This document shows positions 46,985 to 56,347 of a DNA stretch of 64,000 bases, in pieces. The translations under genes and the position numbers were made by a program. The notes beneath the pieces are model-generated. The model saw only the letters and a program-made list of their open reading frames with translations, was not told the DNA's origin and did no database searches. Positions within the stretch are counted from its first letter, which is position 1. The number at the start of each line of letters is the position of its first letter. Origin of the DNA: an uncultured Peptostreptococcaceae bacterium (GTDB lineage Bacteria; Bacillota; Clostridia; Peptostreptococcales; Acidaminobacteraceae); contig CAYFHQ010000004.1 in NCBI GenBank assembly GCA_964342805.1, positions 5,670-69,669 on the forward strand, written 5' to 3'.

Positions 46985-47625
46985 AGGTGATTACACTCAT
47001 ATTTATGGCGTCGGGTTTTTCACGGCGGATGGGGGAAAACAAGCTGATCAAGTCATTCGCAGGAAAACCCTTGATCCAGTGGTGCTTGGAAGCCACAAAG
47101 GGTCTGGAAGAGTTGGAGGGGCTCCGGGTAGAACGCCTGGTTGTCTACCAGGACGATACTGTCAAAGAATTGGCTGAAAACAATGGTTGTAAAGTGGTTT
47201 ACAATCCGAATTCCCATGAGGGTCAAAGTGCATCTATTGGCTTGGGCATTGGCCATAGTCAAGTGGACACAGATGCATATATCTTTCTTACAGGAGACCA
47301 ACCCTTCATTACCATGGAAACCCTGCTGGGGTTAATAGAAGCTCATGGTCAAGCGCCAAAGGGCATTATCCAGCCCTATTACAATGGTCGTAAGGGTGCA
47401 CCGGTCTTGTTTTCTGCATATTATAGGGAAGAACTGGCCACCCTTGACGGGGACCAAGGAGGCCGTCAGGTCATTCGAAGGCATCCTCAAGCCCTAGTCC
47501 GGGTAGACCGTCCCGAATTAGAGGGGGTCGATATGGATACTCAGGAGGATTTCCAATACTGGGAAAGGGAATTCATTGCGGGCAGATTGGATATTCGTTA
47601 CAATAGGAAGCAAGAAAAGTACTAG
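46981..47625 (+). CDS. molybdenum cofactor cytidylyltransferase-like nucleotidyltransferase (MocA/YgfJ family)
   Basis: 214 aa. MASGFSRRMGENKL.., ..LTGDQPFI.. 4-nt overlap with yqeC. Confidence 0.75.
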   Translation: MKVITLIFMASGFSRRMGENKLIKSFAGKPLIQWCLEATKGLEELEGLRVERLVVYQDDTVKELAENNGCKVVYNPNSHEGQSASIGLGIGHSQVDTDAYIFLTGDQPFITMETLLGLIEAHGQAPKGIIQPYYNGRKGAPVLFSAYYREELATLDGDQGGRQVIRRHPQALVRVDRPELEGVDMDTQEDFQYWEREFIAGRLDIRYNRKQEKY

Positions 47626-47634
47626 GAGGACAGT

Positions 47635-48774
47635 GTGTCTGCAAAGGGTAGAAAAAGAAGAAAAAAACAGGCACCAGGTGTTGTCCTGCTTTCAGTCCTA
47701 TTATTGGTAGCCAGTGGCTATGGGGTTATTCAAGGTGAAGTCTTGCTTGCGGATGTCTTGTCCGGAGGCACAACAAGTGGTTCTGACCTGCGAATTCCCT
47801 ATAACCAAGACGCTTCCTTAGAGGCCAGTGGCTCGGTTCACGTACTTCCCGGTGGGATTGTTCGCTGTGATCAAGGAGAGTTAACCTTGTTTACAGACCA
47901 AGGAGATCCCCTTTGGAAAAAGCAGTTGAACGGGCGTGAGGTTCTGATTGATGGAACTGCCAGGGCCTTTGCCGTTGTGGAACCAGCTGGAGGCGACGTA
48001 TATGTACTGGACTATGAAGGTACAGTACAGGCAAGAACCTTTGGCATGGGTAGAATAGACCGTATGGCCTTTAACAAGGATGGCATGATCGTAGTTTATC
48101 TTGCAGGAAACCATGAAGTGGTTTTACTGGATGATGGATTAATGGAACTGAAACGAATTCCTTTACCAGAAGGAAATGTCTTGGACATGGCAGTTTCAAA
48201 GTCAAAGTCTTTATTGGCTATTTCTATGTTTCGCATGGACAATGAAAAATACCACAGTCAGATCCTCACCTGGACACTGGATGGGCAGTTGATTGGTGTC
48301 ATTAACCGGGAGGCCAGTATCATTCTTGACATGAAGGTGGTAGACAACGAAGTTATAGCCATTTATGACAATGGCGTTGCAAAATACAATAGTGACAATT
48401 CGGAATTATGGTGGACAGAAGTCGACCGCAAGATATATCGTGGAACCATAGGTTCAGAAGGAACGACGGTTCTGAACGTCCTTAAATCCGATGTAGACCC
48501 ATCAGACCAGCGACCTGAAAACGCCCTCCTTTATATTGACGCAAATGGTAACGTTCTACGGGAACAAGCCATGGTCAAGACCATTAATGATGTCAGCTAC
48601 CGGGGTGGGCTCACTGGGATTTATACGGACCAAAGGGTGTCCATTATTGACGAAAAAGGCAAGATGATACGGAACGAAGAACTTTCTGCAACTGTGTCTT
48701 CTATGGTATGGTTAGAGAAAGGCCAGTTGGGGATATTACTCCCTGACGAATTGGTGATTGTTCCATTCCAATAA
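47635..48774 (+). CDS. hypothetical membrane-anchored repeat (beta-propeller-like) protein
   Basis: GTG start after AGGAGGA. K/R-rich N-terminus plus TM (VVLLSVLLLVASGYGVI). The remainder is beta-rich with repeated ~40-aa units. No family assigned with confidence. Confidence 0.55.
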   Translation: MSAKGRKRRKKQAPGVVLLSVLLLVASGYGVIQGEVLLADVLSGGTTSGSDLRIPYNQDASLEASGSVHVLPGGIVRCDQGELTLFTDQGDPLWKKQLNGREVLIDGTARAFAVVEPAGGDVYVLDYEGTVQARTFGMGRIDRMAFNKDGMIVVYLAGNHEVVLLDDGLMELKRIPLPEGNVLDMAVSKSKSLLAISMFRMDNEKYHSQILTWTLDGQLIGVINREASIILDMKVVDNEVIAIYDNGVAKYNSDNSELWWTEVDRKIYRGTIGSEGTTVLNVLKSDVDPSDQRPENALLYIDANGNVLREQAMVKTINDVSYRGGLTGIYTDQRVSIIDEKGKMIRNEELSATVSSMVWLEKGQLGILLPDELVIVPFQ

Positions 48775-48786
48775 GTGGAGGGCAAA

Positions 48787-49524
48787 ATGACCTATAATTA
48801 TGTAGACATCGGAATTGCACTTATTTTATTGTTCACCTTGGTGGAAGGCTATATTAGGGGATTTATTCGGTCCATGTTGGGCATACTGGGTTATATTGCA
48901 GCCTTTCTAGTTGCCCAGACCTATGCCGCAACCGTGGCGGATTATGCCTTAACCCACTTTGAACAGGTCCGTCAAATGAAGGCCAATATCGCTGAACGGG
49001 TGATCAGTACCTTTAATAGTAACGTTTCCATGAGTACGGCCCTGGAAAGTGGCTCCAATGCCCAAATCTCACAGGCTCTTGAGAATGGAAATGTCATGGA
49101 ACAGCTCCAGCTTCCTGAGGGCATCCAGTCTCAGCTTTTATCCTTTGCCAACAATGCAGACTTGGCCAACAGCCAAAGTAATGCGGTTAACGCCCTGGCT
49201 GAGAATATCGCCAGTGGTGTCATCTATGGCTTGAGTTTTATTGCTGTAGTCATTGGGGTGCTTCTGGTGATCAAAATAGGTGGCCTCATCCTTGAAGGCA
49301 TTGCCAAGTTGCCAGTTTTGAAACAAGCCAATAAACTAGGTGGTGTAATCTTTGGTCTAGTGAAGGGACTTTTATTGATTTTCCTATTCATGGCCCTAGC
49401 GGCTTTTACTGCGCCACTGACGACAAATCTGGACTTAATCCCAACCATCCAGCAATCTACGCTGGGGGTCTGGTTTTATAACAATAATGTACTATTGATC
49501 CTTTTAGAGTTTTTTCTGCGGTAA
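48787..49524 (+). CDS. cvpA: CvpA-family membrane protein
   Basis: ATG 48787. N-terminal DIGIALILLFTLVEGYIRGFIRSMLGILGYIAAFLVA is CvpA-like. Further TM segments near the C-terminus. Confidence 0.7.
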   Translation: MTYNYVDIGIALILLFTLVEGYIRGFIRSMLGILGYIAAFLVAQTYAATVADYALTHFEQVRQMKANIAERVISTFNSNVSMSTALESGSNAQISQALENGNVMEQLQLPEGIQSQLLSFANNADLANSQSNAVNALAENIASGVIYGLSFIAVVIGVLLVIKIGGLILEGIAKLPVLKQANKLGGVIFGLVKGLLLIFLFMALAAFTAPLTTNLDLIPTIQQSTLGVWFYNNNVLLILLEFFLR

Positions 49525-49546
49525 GTAACGCGGAAAGGAGTTTCAT

Positions 49547-50143
49547 ATGAAGAAAGAAGTAGATGCAAGAGGACTGGAATGTCCCAAACCAGTTATTCAA
49601 ACGAAAAAGGCACTGGAGAACCTAAAAGAGGGTAGTGTGGTGACGATCGTGGATAATGAAATTGCAAAAGAGAATGTTTCAAAACTAGCGAAGGGCATGA
49701 ACCTTCATTATAATGTACGGGCGGAAGGCGAATTCTTCTACATTGATATTTTCAAGGGAGAAGAGTCACTGGGTCCAGATATTTTAGCTGAGCAAAAACC
49801 AGCCCTGAATGACTTGGTCATCCTTGTGGGTACAGACACCCTGGGCGAGGGTAGCGAGGAACTGGGCCAGGTTCTCATGAATGGGTATATGTATACCCTG
49901 ACAGAAGTAGAACCCTTTCCAAAGGCAGTCATCTTCCTGAATGCTGGCGTCAAGCTCACATCAGAAGGTTCTGCAGTCATTGACCACCTTCGAATACTGG
50001 AAGCTGGTGGTGTGGAGATCCTGTCCTGCGGCACATGTCTAGACTACTACAATGTCAAAGACAAGCTCCAGGTTGGCGGTGTCAGCAACATGTATACCAT
50101 CGTTGAAACCATGAACAAGGCGAAGAACACGGTAAAACTATAA
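49547..50143 (+). CDS. yedF: selenium metabolism protein YedF (SirA/TusA-like plus DsrE-like domains)
   Basis: 198 aa. DARGLECPKPVIQTKKAL (TusA motif). C-terminal ..VIFLNAGVKL..SCGTCLDYY. Confidence 0.8.
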   Translation: MKKEVDARGLECPKPVIQTKKALENLKEGSVVTIVDNEIAKENVSKLAKGMNLHYNVRAEGEFFYIDIFKGEESLGPDILAEQKPALNDLVILVGTDTLGEGSEELGQVLMNGYMYTLTEVEPFPKAVIFLNAGVKLTSEGSAVIDHLRILEAGGVEILSCGTCLDYYNVKDKLQVGGVSNMYTIVETMNKAKNTVKL

Positions 50144-50412
50144 TGAAAGAGCAAACATTTTATATCATTGCCTTTGACTCAACCCATGAGGCCATTCGCA
50201 TGGAACGGATGCTGAAGCAGGTCATGGATGTGACCATGATCCCGACTCCAAGAGAGCTAACGGTGTCATGCGGATTGTCCATTAAGCTGACAGAGGAACA
50301 GGTTGAGCATGTGAAGGCCAGTCTAAAAAACATTGACGAAGACCGCATAAAGCTCTTCTTCATTGACCGAAGTGGGGAAGAAACCACAGCGACACAAATG
50401 TCTTGGAGGTAA
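50143..50412 (+). CDS. DUF3343 (putative Se/S carrier-like) protein
   Basis: 89 aa. ..IAFDSTHEAIRMERMLK..IPTPRELTVSCGLSIK.. ATG overlaps the yedF stop. Confidence 0.7.
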   Translation: MKEQTFYIIAFDSTHEAIRMERMLKQVMDVTMIPTPRELTVSCGLSIKLTEEQVEHVKASLKNIDEDRIKLFFIDRSGEETTATQMSWR

Positions 50413-50415
50413 CCC

Positions 50416-50616
50416 ATGCCATTGGATTTACAAGTGGGAGACAAAATCGAAACGAAAAAAAGCCATCCTTGTGGGGGTAATGAGTTCGAGATTCTCCGGG
50501 CGGGAATGGACTTTCGCATTCGTTGCACGACATGCGAAAAGCAGATATGGATTGAACGGCCTAAACTGGAAAAACGCATAAAGAAAATCCAGCGGGGCGA
50601 CGACCAGATCAAATAA
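50416..50616 (+). CDS. DUF951 family protein (YyzM-like)
   Basis: 66 aa. ..VGDKIETKKSHPCGGNEFEILRAGMDFRIRCTTCEKQIWIERPKLEKRIKKI closely parallels B. subtilis YyzM (recalled from memory). Confidence 0.85.
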   Translation: MPLDLQVGDKIETKKSHPCGGNEFEILRAGMDFRIRCTTCEKQIWIERPKLEKRIKKIQRGDDQIK

Positions 50617-50627
50617 TGAAGAACATG

Positions 50628-50681
50628 AGGAGCAGGGCAAGTGGAATCAGGCATTCCATTTTGCATCTGCTCCTTTTTTTC
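50628..50681 (+). terminator. terminator after the DUF951 gene
   Basis: Outer stem AGGAGCAG / CTGCTCCT with inner hairpin GGAAT/ATTCC, then T7. Confidence 0.5.
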
Positions 50682-50739
50682 GTATAATAAGACCGGGCAA
50701 ACCTTTTCCGATCGAACAAAATGGAGGTGCATTTTGGAG

Positions 50740-51927
50740 ATGGCAGTAAGTTTTGCAAGTCGAATGGAGCAACTAAAGGCGTCTGAAATTCGTGAAATCC
50801 TCAAACTAACACAGCAGCCAAATATCATTTCCTTTGCAGGGGGACTACCAGCACCAGAGCTTTTCCCTGTGGAAGAAATGCGCGTGATTAGTGACCGAGT
50901 GCTCAGCGAAAGTGGTCGCCAAGCCATGCAGTATTCCACAACAGAGGGCTATGAGCCCCTACGGGAGAAAATTGCGGGTCGTATGAACCGGGTAGGTGTG
51001 TTAGCTACGGCTGAAGACATCCTAGTTATCAGTGGGTCCCAGCAGGGTCTTGATTTCTCCGGCAAGATATTCCTAGATCCAGACGATGTTGTGGTCTGTG
51101 AAAGCCCAAGCTACTTGGGCGCAATCAACGCATTTAAGGCCTACCAGTGCCAGTTCGTTGAAGTAGAGACCGACAATGATGGCATGATCCTAGAAGATCT
51201 TGAGGAAAAACTGAAGAAGACGGACAAGGTAAAGATGATCTACGTCATTCCAGACTTCCAGAACCCGTCGGGTCGTACCTGGACACTGGAAAGACGGAAG
51301 GGTCTCCTGGACCTGGCCAGCAAGTTTGATCTTCCTATTGTTGAAGACAATCCCTATGGTGAGCTACGATTTGAAGGTGAACATGTACCTTCTCTTCGGT
51401 CCATGGACACAGAAGGCCGAGTAGTCTTCCTGGGTTCCTTCTCAAAAACCTTTAGCCCAGGCCTACGAATTGGTTGGGTCAACGCAGCACCAGAGTTACT
51501 ACAAAAGTATATCCTGGTTAAGCAAGGGGCTGACCTACAGGCAAACTCCATGGCGCAAAGACAGTTGGACTTGTATATGGACCAGTATGATCTGGACAAT
51601 CATATTGAGAAAATCAAGGACGTCTATAAAAAGCGCCGCGACTTGATGATGGCAACCATCGAAAAAGAGTTTCCAAAGGAAGCTGTATGTACACACCCTG
51701 AGGGCGGCCTGTTCACATGGGTTGAACTCCCAGAGCATATTAACACCAGAGACCTGATGAAGATTGCTGTGGAGCGGGAAGTGGCCTTCGTACCGGGTGG
51801 GTCTTTCTACCCCAACGGCGGAAGAGAAAATGCAATGCGGATTAACTATTCCAACATGCCAGAAGACAAAATCGTTATTGGTATTGAGCGACTAGGGGAA
51901 GTATTGCGTGAAGCATTAAAGAAATAA
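50740..51927 (+). CDS. PLP-dependent aminotransferase (class I/II, 2-aminoadipate/aromatic aminotransferase-like)
   Basis: ATG 50740 inside ORF 50641..51927. ..LKASEIREILKLT..ISFAGGLPAPELFP.., ..YVIPDFQNPSG.., ..GSFSKTFSPGLRIGW.. (PLP Lys). Confidence 0.85.
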   Translation: MAVSFASRMEQLKASEIREILKLTQQPNIISFAGGLPAPELFPVEEMRVISDRVLSESGRQAMQYSTTEGYEPLREKIAGRMNRVGVLATAEDILVISGSQQGLDFSGKIFLDPDDVVVCESPSYLGAINAFKAYQCQFVEVETDNDGMILEDLEEKLKKTDKVKMIYVIPDFQNPSGRTWTLERRKGLLDLASKFDLPIVEDNPYGELRFEGEHVPSLRSMDTEGRVVFLGSFSKTFSPGLRIGWVNAAPELLQKYILVKQGADLQANSMAQRQLDLYMDQYDLDNHIEKIKDVYKKRRDLMMATIEKEFPKEAVCTHPEGGLFTWVELPEHINTRDLMKIAVEREVAFVPGGSFYPNGGRENAMRINYSNMPEDKIVIGIERLGEVLREALKK

Positions 51928-51964
51928 AGGCCAGAACCCAGAGCGGGAATGGTAGAAAACCACT

Positions 51965-52001
51965 GGAGCAGGTTACCCCGAGGTAGCCTTGCTCCTTTTT
52001 T
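51965..52001 (+). terminator. terminator after the aminotransferase gene
   Basis: GGAGCA..TGCTCC stem, then T6. Confidence 0.6.
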
Positions 52002-52169
52002 CATTTCATTAGGAAGACCCCCTTTAAGGAGGTCTCTTTCAGATTAAAGGAGCACTCCTTCTAAGGTGACCAGATAGCTGTAAGACACGTCATGTTAGCC
52101 AATGCCAAGGCCTTGGTCTACCAGGAAAAATAGGCAGAAGCGCATCCTTTGCAAAAAGGCAAAAATGCC

Positions 52170-52198
52170 TTGTACTCCATTATAAGAAGTGATATACT
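52170..52198 (+). promoter_or_regulatory. sigma-A-type promoter of rpsF-ssb-rpsR
   Basis: TTGTAC (52170-52175), 17 nt spacer, TATACT (52193-52198). Leaves a ~80-nt leader. Confidence 0.5.
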
Positions 52199-52280
52199 CT
52201 TTTGATGTACGGTAGGGAATTGGCCTTACCGCTCTCTGCTCGACAAGTGTCGGGCCAAACGACCGTAGGGAGGTGTAGAG

Positions 52281-52565
52281 ATGAACAAGTACGAAGTGCT
52301 CTTTATTCTTAAGCCAAATATGGAAGAAGAACAAAGAACGCAAGCCGTTGAGAAGTTCAAGTCCATCATCGAATCCGCTGGTGAAGTGGAAAAGGTTGAT
52401 GAGTGGGGCCTGAAAAAGCTTGCTTATGAAATTGAGAAGCTTAAGGAAGGTTACTACTACCTGATCGACTTCAGTGCTTCTCCAGAGCTGCCAATGGAAC
52501 TAGAGCGTAACTTCCGCATTAGCGATGCCGTTCTTCGATTCATGGTAACTCGTAAAGAAGCGTAA
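52281..52565 (+). CDS. rpsF: 30S ribosomal protein S6
   Basis: 94 aa. MNKYEVLFILKPN.. canonical S6. Confidence 0.97.
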   Translation: MNKYEVLFILKPNMEEEQRTQAVEKFKSIIESAGEVEKVDEWGLKKLAYEIEKLKEGYYYLIDFSASPELPMELERNFRISDAVLRFMVTRKEA

Positions 52566-52589
52566 TTGCCATAGCGAGAGGAGAACAGA

Positions 52590-53036
52590 ATGAATCATGT
52601 AGTCCTAATTGGAAGACTTGTAAGAGATCCGGAACTCCGTTTTATCGCTGGCAGTGGGCGAGCAGTCGCCAACTTCACCCTCGCAATAGACCGTAATGGT
52701 CTTTCCCGCGAGAAAAAAGCAGAACTGCAGGCTCAGGGCAAACCAACTGCGGACTTTATCCGTATTGTTGCTTGGGGCAAGCAGGCCGAGTTGTGTGGAA
52801 ACTACCTAACAAAAGGTCGCCAAGTTGCGATCGAAGGTAGCATTCAGACGGGTTCTTACCAGACACAGTCTGGCGAGACGCGTTACACAACCGATGTTGT
52901 TGCCAATCGTGTTGAGTTTATTGGCTCACGTGATGGTGACAGTCGACCTCAAAAGCAAGAGGATAACTTCAGCATGGGCGGTATGGATCCAGCTGATTTC
53001 CAAGCGATTGAAGACGACGACGATATTCCATTCTAA
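52590..53036 (+). CDS. ssb: single-stranded DNA-binding protein
   Basis: 148 aa. MNHVVLIGRLVRDPELRF.. OB fold and C-terminal DDDIPF tip. Confidence 0.97.
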   Translation: MNHVVLIGRLVRDPELRFIAGSGRAVANFTLAIDRNGLSREKKAELQAQGKPTADFIRIVAWGKQAELCGNYLTKGRQVAIEGSIQTGSYQTQSGETRYTTDVVANRVEFIGSRDGDSRPQKQEDNFSMGGMDPADFQAIEDDDDIPF

Positions 53037-53057
53037 AGAAAAGGGAGGGAAATTCTC

Positions 53058-53285
53058 ATGGCTTTCCAAAAACGACGTAAGAAGCGTAAGTTCTGTCAGT
53101 TCTGTGCTGACAAAGCTACTCAGATCGATTACAAAGACACGAAGAAGCTTGGTCGTTACCTATCCGACCGAGGTAAGATCCTACCTCGCCGTGTGACTGG
53201 TAACTGCGCGAAGCACCAGCGTGCTCTTACAATCGCGGTTAAGCGTGCTCGTATTGTTGCGCTTATTCCATTCATCAAAGAATAA
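53058..53285 (+). CDS. rpsR: 30S ribosomal protein S18
   Basis: 75 aa. ..[43 protein letters not shown].. Confidence 0.97.
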   Translation: MAFQKRRKKRKFCQFCADKATQIDYKDTKKLGRYLSDRGKILPRRVTGNCAKHQRALTIAVKRARIVALIPFIKE

Positions 53286-53292
53286 TCAAAAT

Positions 53293-53321
53293 GCAGACTC
53301 CTTTGGGGTCTGCTTTTATTT
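53293..53321 (+). terminator. rho-independent terminator after rpsR
   Basis: 9-bp stem GCAGACTCC / GGGGTCTGC (one G-U pair), loop TTT, tail TTTTATTTT. Confidence 0.7.
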
Positions 53322-53349
53322 TGCAGCAATTTGCCATGTTGCACCCCAA

Positions 53350-53379
53350 TTACACAAACAGCGTATTCTATTGTATAAT
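53350..53379 (+). promoter_or_regulatory. candidate promoter of yybS-gdpP-rplI
   Basis: TTACAC (53350-53355), 18 nt spacer, TATAAT (53374-53379). Confidence 0.45.
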
Positions 53380-53410
53380 TAAGGGTAATGTAAAGAAAGG
53401 GGTGCGTTTC

Positions 53411-54352
53411 GTGCAACCAATAGATCCACAAAAAATGTGGAGAGACGTGATTTTGTACAGTGTCCTCATGATGGGCCTCCACTTGTTGGGCCTGACCATG
53501 GTGGATGGACAAATTCTCTGGCTCTTTCTACCCATCTTCCCCACCCTCCTGTGGGTGAACTACGGCTATCGCGCGAGCTTGGTCAGCATACTGACCATGG
53601 GCTTTGCAGGAGTTATCCTGTTCGGTCCCGGGAACATGCTCGTTTTACTGGCATATATACTTATGACTACCCTTGCCCTAGGACTTGGCCTCCGGCAAAA
53701 GATGCGGTCTAGCGTCATTCTACTCATGCTGACCGGTGTCTTTCTCTTGCTGAGTGTGTTCGTCCTACGGAGCCAGGCCCTACAAATGGGTCTGTCCATG
53801 ACCCAGTTGGTTACTAACCTGATGGAGGATTCCAAGTCGGTCTTTGTGGCCACCTACGGCATGGATAACGCAGAAGCCATGTGGAAACAGTTGGTCTACA
53901 CAGCCCAGTTGTCCTTTCCGTCCATGATCATGATGATGTCGGCCTTATTGGCTGGTGGTTATTTTGTTGTCGTCCGGTCGGTGATGAAGATCATGAAGCA
54001 CCCGTTAACACCGGTGGACCACTTTAAGGACTTCTGCCTGCCTCGCAACATGGGGCTAGGCTTGCTGATCATGTTGGCCATGGCTTATATATTCGGGGCG
54101 CTCGGTTGGGCTGACCAAACGGCACTCATGTACAATGTCTTTACGCCTGTAGCCTCCCTGCTCAGCGTTCAGACCCTGGCAGTACTGGCTTATTATCTGC
54201 AGGAAAAACTGCCCAAGCCAGTGGCCGTCTTGATTTTGACCACTTGTGTGCTTTTCATGGGGATATTGATTCATCCATTTATCCTTGTGGGGATTTTAGA
54301 TTTGCAATTTGACTTTAGAAAACGGATGACCCGGGTGGGTCAGGAGGACTAA
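53411..54352 (+). CDS. yybS: YybS-family (DUF2232) polytopic membrane protein
   Basis: ORF 53291..54352 begins inside the rpsR terminator and the promoter. GTG 53411 after AAAGGGG is preferred (313 aa). Multi-TM. Conserved yybS-gdpP-rplI-dnaB order. Confidence 0.6.
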   Translation: MQPIDPQKMWRDVILYSVLMMGLHLLGLTMVDGQILWLFLPIFPTLLWVNYGYRASLVSILTMGFAGVILFGPGNMLVLLAYILMTTLALGLGLRQKMRSSVILLMLTGVFLLLSVFVLRSQALQMGLSMTQLVTNLMEDSKSVFVATYGMDNAEAMWKQLVYTAQLSFPSMIMMMSALLAGGYFVVVRSVMKIMKHPLTPVDHFKDFCLPRNMGLGLLIMLAMAYIFGALGWADQTALMYNVFTPVASLLSVQTLAVLAYYLQEKLPKPVAVLILTTCVLFMGILIHPFILVGILDLQFDFRKRMTRVGQED

Positions 54353-54356
54353 ATTC

Positions 54357-56345
54357 ATGGGCAACAATCGTTCCTCAAAACTCTTTCCAAGTGAAAACGG
54401 CTTGTATTTATGGATTATTGCTTTCCTGGTTCTTTTGCTGACCCTTTTTGAGCCCCTCCTGGGGATTGCAGGTTTGGGCCTTCTGGGCTACCTGAATTTC
54501 CACAACTGGCGACAGGGCAAGCAGAGAAGCAAGCGGTGGCAAAAATACATAGAGTCCTTGTCCAGTGATATTGATTCAGCGGCCCGGTATGCCATTTTAA
54601 ACTTGCCTATTCCCCTTACCCTGGTGGATTTAGACGGCAAGATTTCCTGGTATAACTCCAAGTTTTCAGAGATGGTCGATAAAAAAGATATCCTGGGTCA
54701 GGACTTAAAGAGCCTGGTGCCACAAATGGATGTGGAGGATATTATTGAGGATGATGATGTCCGGGAAATCCGCCTGGGAGATCGCTATTATCATGTGCTT
54801 CATAACCTGGTGAAACTGGGAGATGAAGAGGACGACCGTCTGATCATGATGCTTTACTGGATTGATCAAACAGAGTTTGTCAGTGTCCAGGAGAAGTATG
54901 ACGATGAACGTCCTATTGTAGCCCTGGTCCAGGTGGACAACTACGATGATGTTCTTAACGATTCTAAAGAAGAGAAGCGTCCTGTGATCAAGGCTGAAAT
55001 TGATCAGAAAATCAAACTCTGGGCCACTCGAATGAACGGCCTGATGAAGAAGTTTGGGGACGATAAATACTTAGTCATTTTTGAGAGCAAGTTCCTGGAG
55101 AACTTAGAAGCCAAGCGCTTTACTATCTTGGACGAACTGCGGGAAATTGAAGTGGGCAACCGCTTCCCCATTACCCTGTCCATAGGGGTTGGGGTCAATG
55201 GCAGAAGTTTTAGCCAGCTGGAAGAACACGCCTATTCCTCCTTGGAACTGGCCCTGGGCCGTGGTGGTGACCAGGCTGTGGTTCGTAAAAAGGGCAACTT
55301 TGAGTTTTACGGTGGTAAAACCAAGGCAGTTGAAAAGCGCAATAGGGTTAAGGCCCGGGTCATTGCCCATGCATTTAGACCCCTAATTGATGAGTCTTCC
55401 AAGGTCTTTATTATGGGTCACAAGTATCCGGACATGGACGCCTTTGGTGCAGCCATTGGGGTTTACCGGGCAGTCATGAACCGGGGTAAGGACGGCTATA
55501 TTGTCCTTAACGAAGTCAATGAGTCAATACTCAACGTCTATAACGTCTTTGGGGATGATCCCAACTACAAGTTTATTACTACAGAAGAAGCCCTGGAACT
55601 TTTGGATTTTAACACCCTGCTGGTCGTGGTGGACACCCACCGGCCAAGTTTTACTGAAGCACCTGAACTCCTGGACTCCAAGCTAAAAGTGGTCCTTTTT
55701 GACCATCACCGCAGGGGAACAGAGTTTATTGATAATGCTGTACTGAAGTACACAGAACCCTATGCCTCGTCCACCAGTGAACTGGTTACGGAAATCCTGC
55801 AGTACATGGAAAACAACATGTACTTGAACAAGCAGGAGGCGGAAGCCCTCTTGGCTGGTATTACCGTGGACACCAAGAGTTTTACCTTTAAAACCGGCGT
55901 GAGGACCTTTGAGGCAGCCTCTTTACTTAGACGGTTTGGAGCCGACACTACAGCGGTACGTCAGCTCTTCCAAGACGACTTGTCGACCTTTATTCACAAG
56001 TCGCAAATTGTCTCCAGTGCGACCATTTACAATAATGAGATCGCCATATCCGTCTATGCTGATGACATTCCCAATGCCCAGTTGGTAGCGGCCCAAAGTG
56101 CCGACGCCCTCCTCAACATTCGGGGGATTACCACCTCCTTTGTGATTGGGCGTAAGCTGGAGGGAGAGGTCTTCATCAGTGGTCGGTCCTTGGGAGACGT
56201 TAATGTCCAGGTGGTCCTGGAGAAAATCGGTGGTGGTGGCCATATGGAAGTGGCCGGTGCCCAGTTTAGAGACAAATCAATGGACGAGGTGAAGGACCTA
56301 CTCATCGAAGCCATTAATGCATATGTCAGCGAGGAAGGAGAATAA
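54357..56345 (+). CDS. gdpP: cyclic-di-AMP phosphodiesterase GdpP (YybT): 2 TM, PAS-like, degenerate GGDEF, DHH/DHHA1
   Basis: 662 aa. DHH motifs (GHKYPDMDAFGAA, VVDTHRP, LFDHHR) and DHHA1 GGGGH. Confidence 0.9.
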   Translation: MGNNRSSKLFPSENGLYLWIIAFLVLLLTLFEPLLGIAGLGLLGYLNFHNWRQGKQRSKRWQKYIESLSSDIDSAARYAILNLPIPLTLVDLDGKISWYNSKFSEMVDKKDILGQDLKSLVPQMDVEDIIEDDDVREIRLGDRYYHVLHNLVKLGDEEDDRLIMMLYWIDQTEFVSVQEKYDDERPIVALVQVDNYDDVLNDSKEEKRPVIKAEIDQKIKLWATRMNGLMKKFGDDKYLVIFESKFLENLEAKRFTILDELREIEVGNRFPITLSIGVGVNGRSFSQLEEHAYSSLELALGRGGDQAVVRKKGNFEFYGGKTKAVEKRNRVKARVIAHAFRPLIDESSKVFIMGHKYPDMDAFGAAIGVYRAVMNRGKDGYIVLNEVNESILNVYNVFGDDPNYKFITTEEALELLDFNTLLVVVDTHRPSFTEAPELLDSKLKVVLFDHHRRGTEFIDNAVLKYTEPYASSTSELVTEILQYMENNMYLNKQEAEALLAGITVDTKSFTFKTGVRTFEAASLLRRFGADTTAVRQLFQDDLSTFIHKSQIVSSATIYNNEIAISVYADDIPNAQLVAAQSADALLNIRGITTSFVIGRKLEGEVFISGRSLGDVNVQVVLEKIGGGGHMEVAGAQFRDKSMDEVKDLLIEAINAYVSEEGE

Positions 56346-56347
56346 CC

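Noticed and set aside
50160-50939. 259-aa minus-strand ORF, one of the longest unexplained ORFs in the track
   Set aside because: It is antisense to three well-supported plus-strand genes (DUF3343, DUF951, aminotransferase start) and crosses a plus-strand terminator. The translation is Ser/Cys/Arg-rich with no motifs, which is typical of a shadow ORF.
53626-53634. Second NBS-like core TCCCGGGAA inside yybS
   Set aside because: The flanks do not match the NBS (CGGT/CATG instead of TATT/AATA), so this is likely chance.
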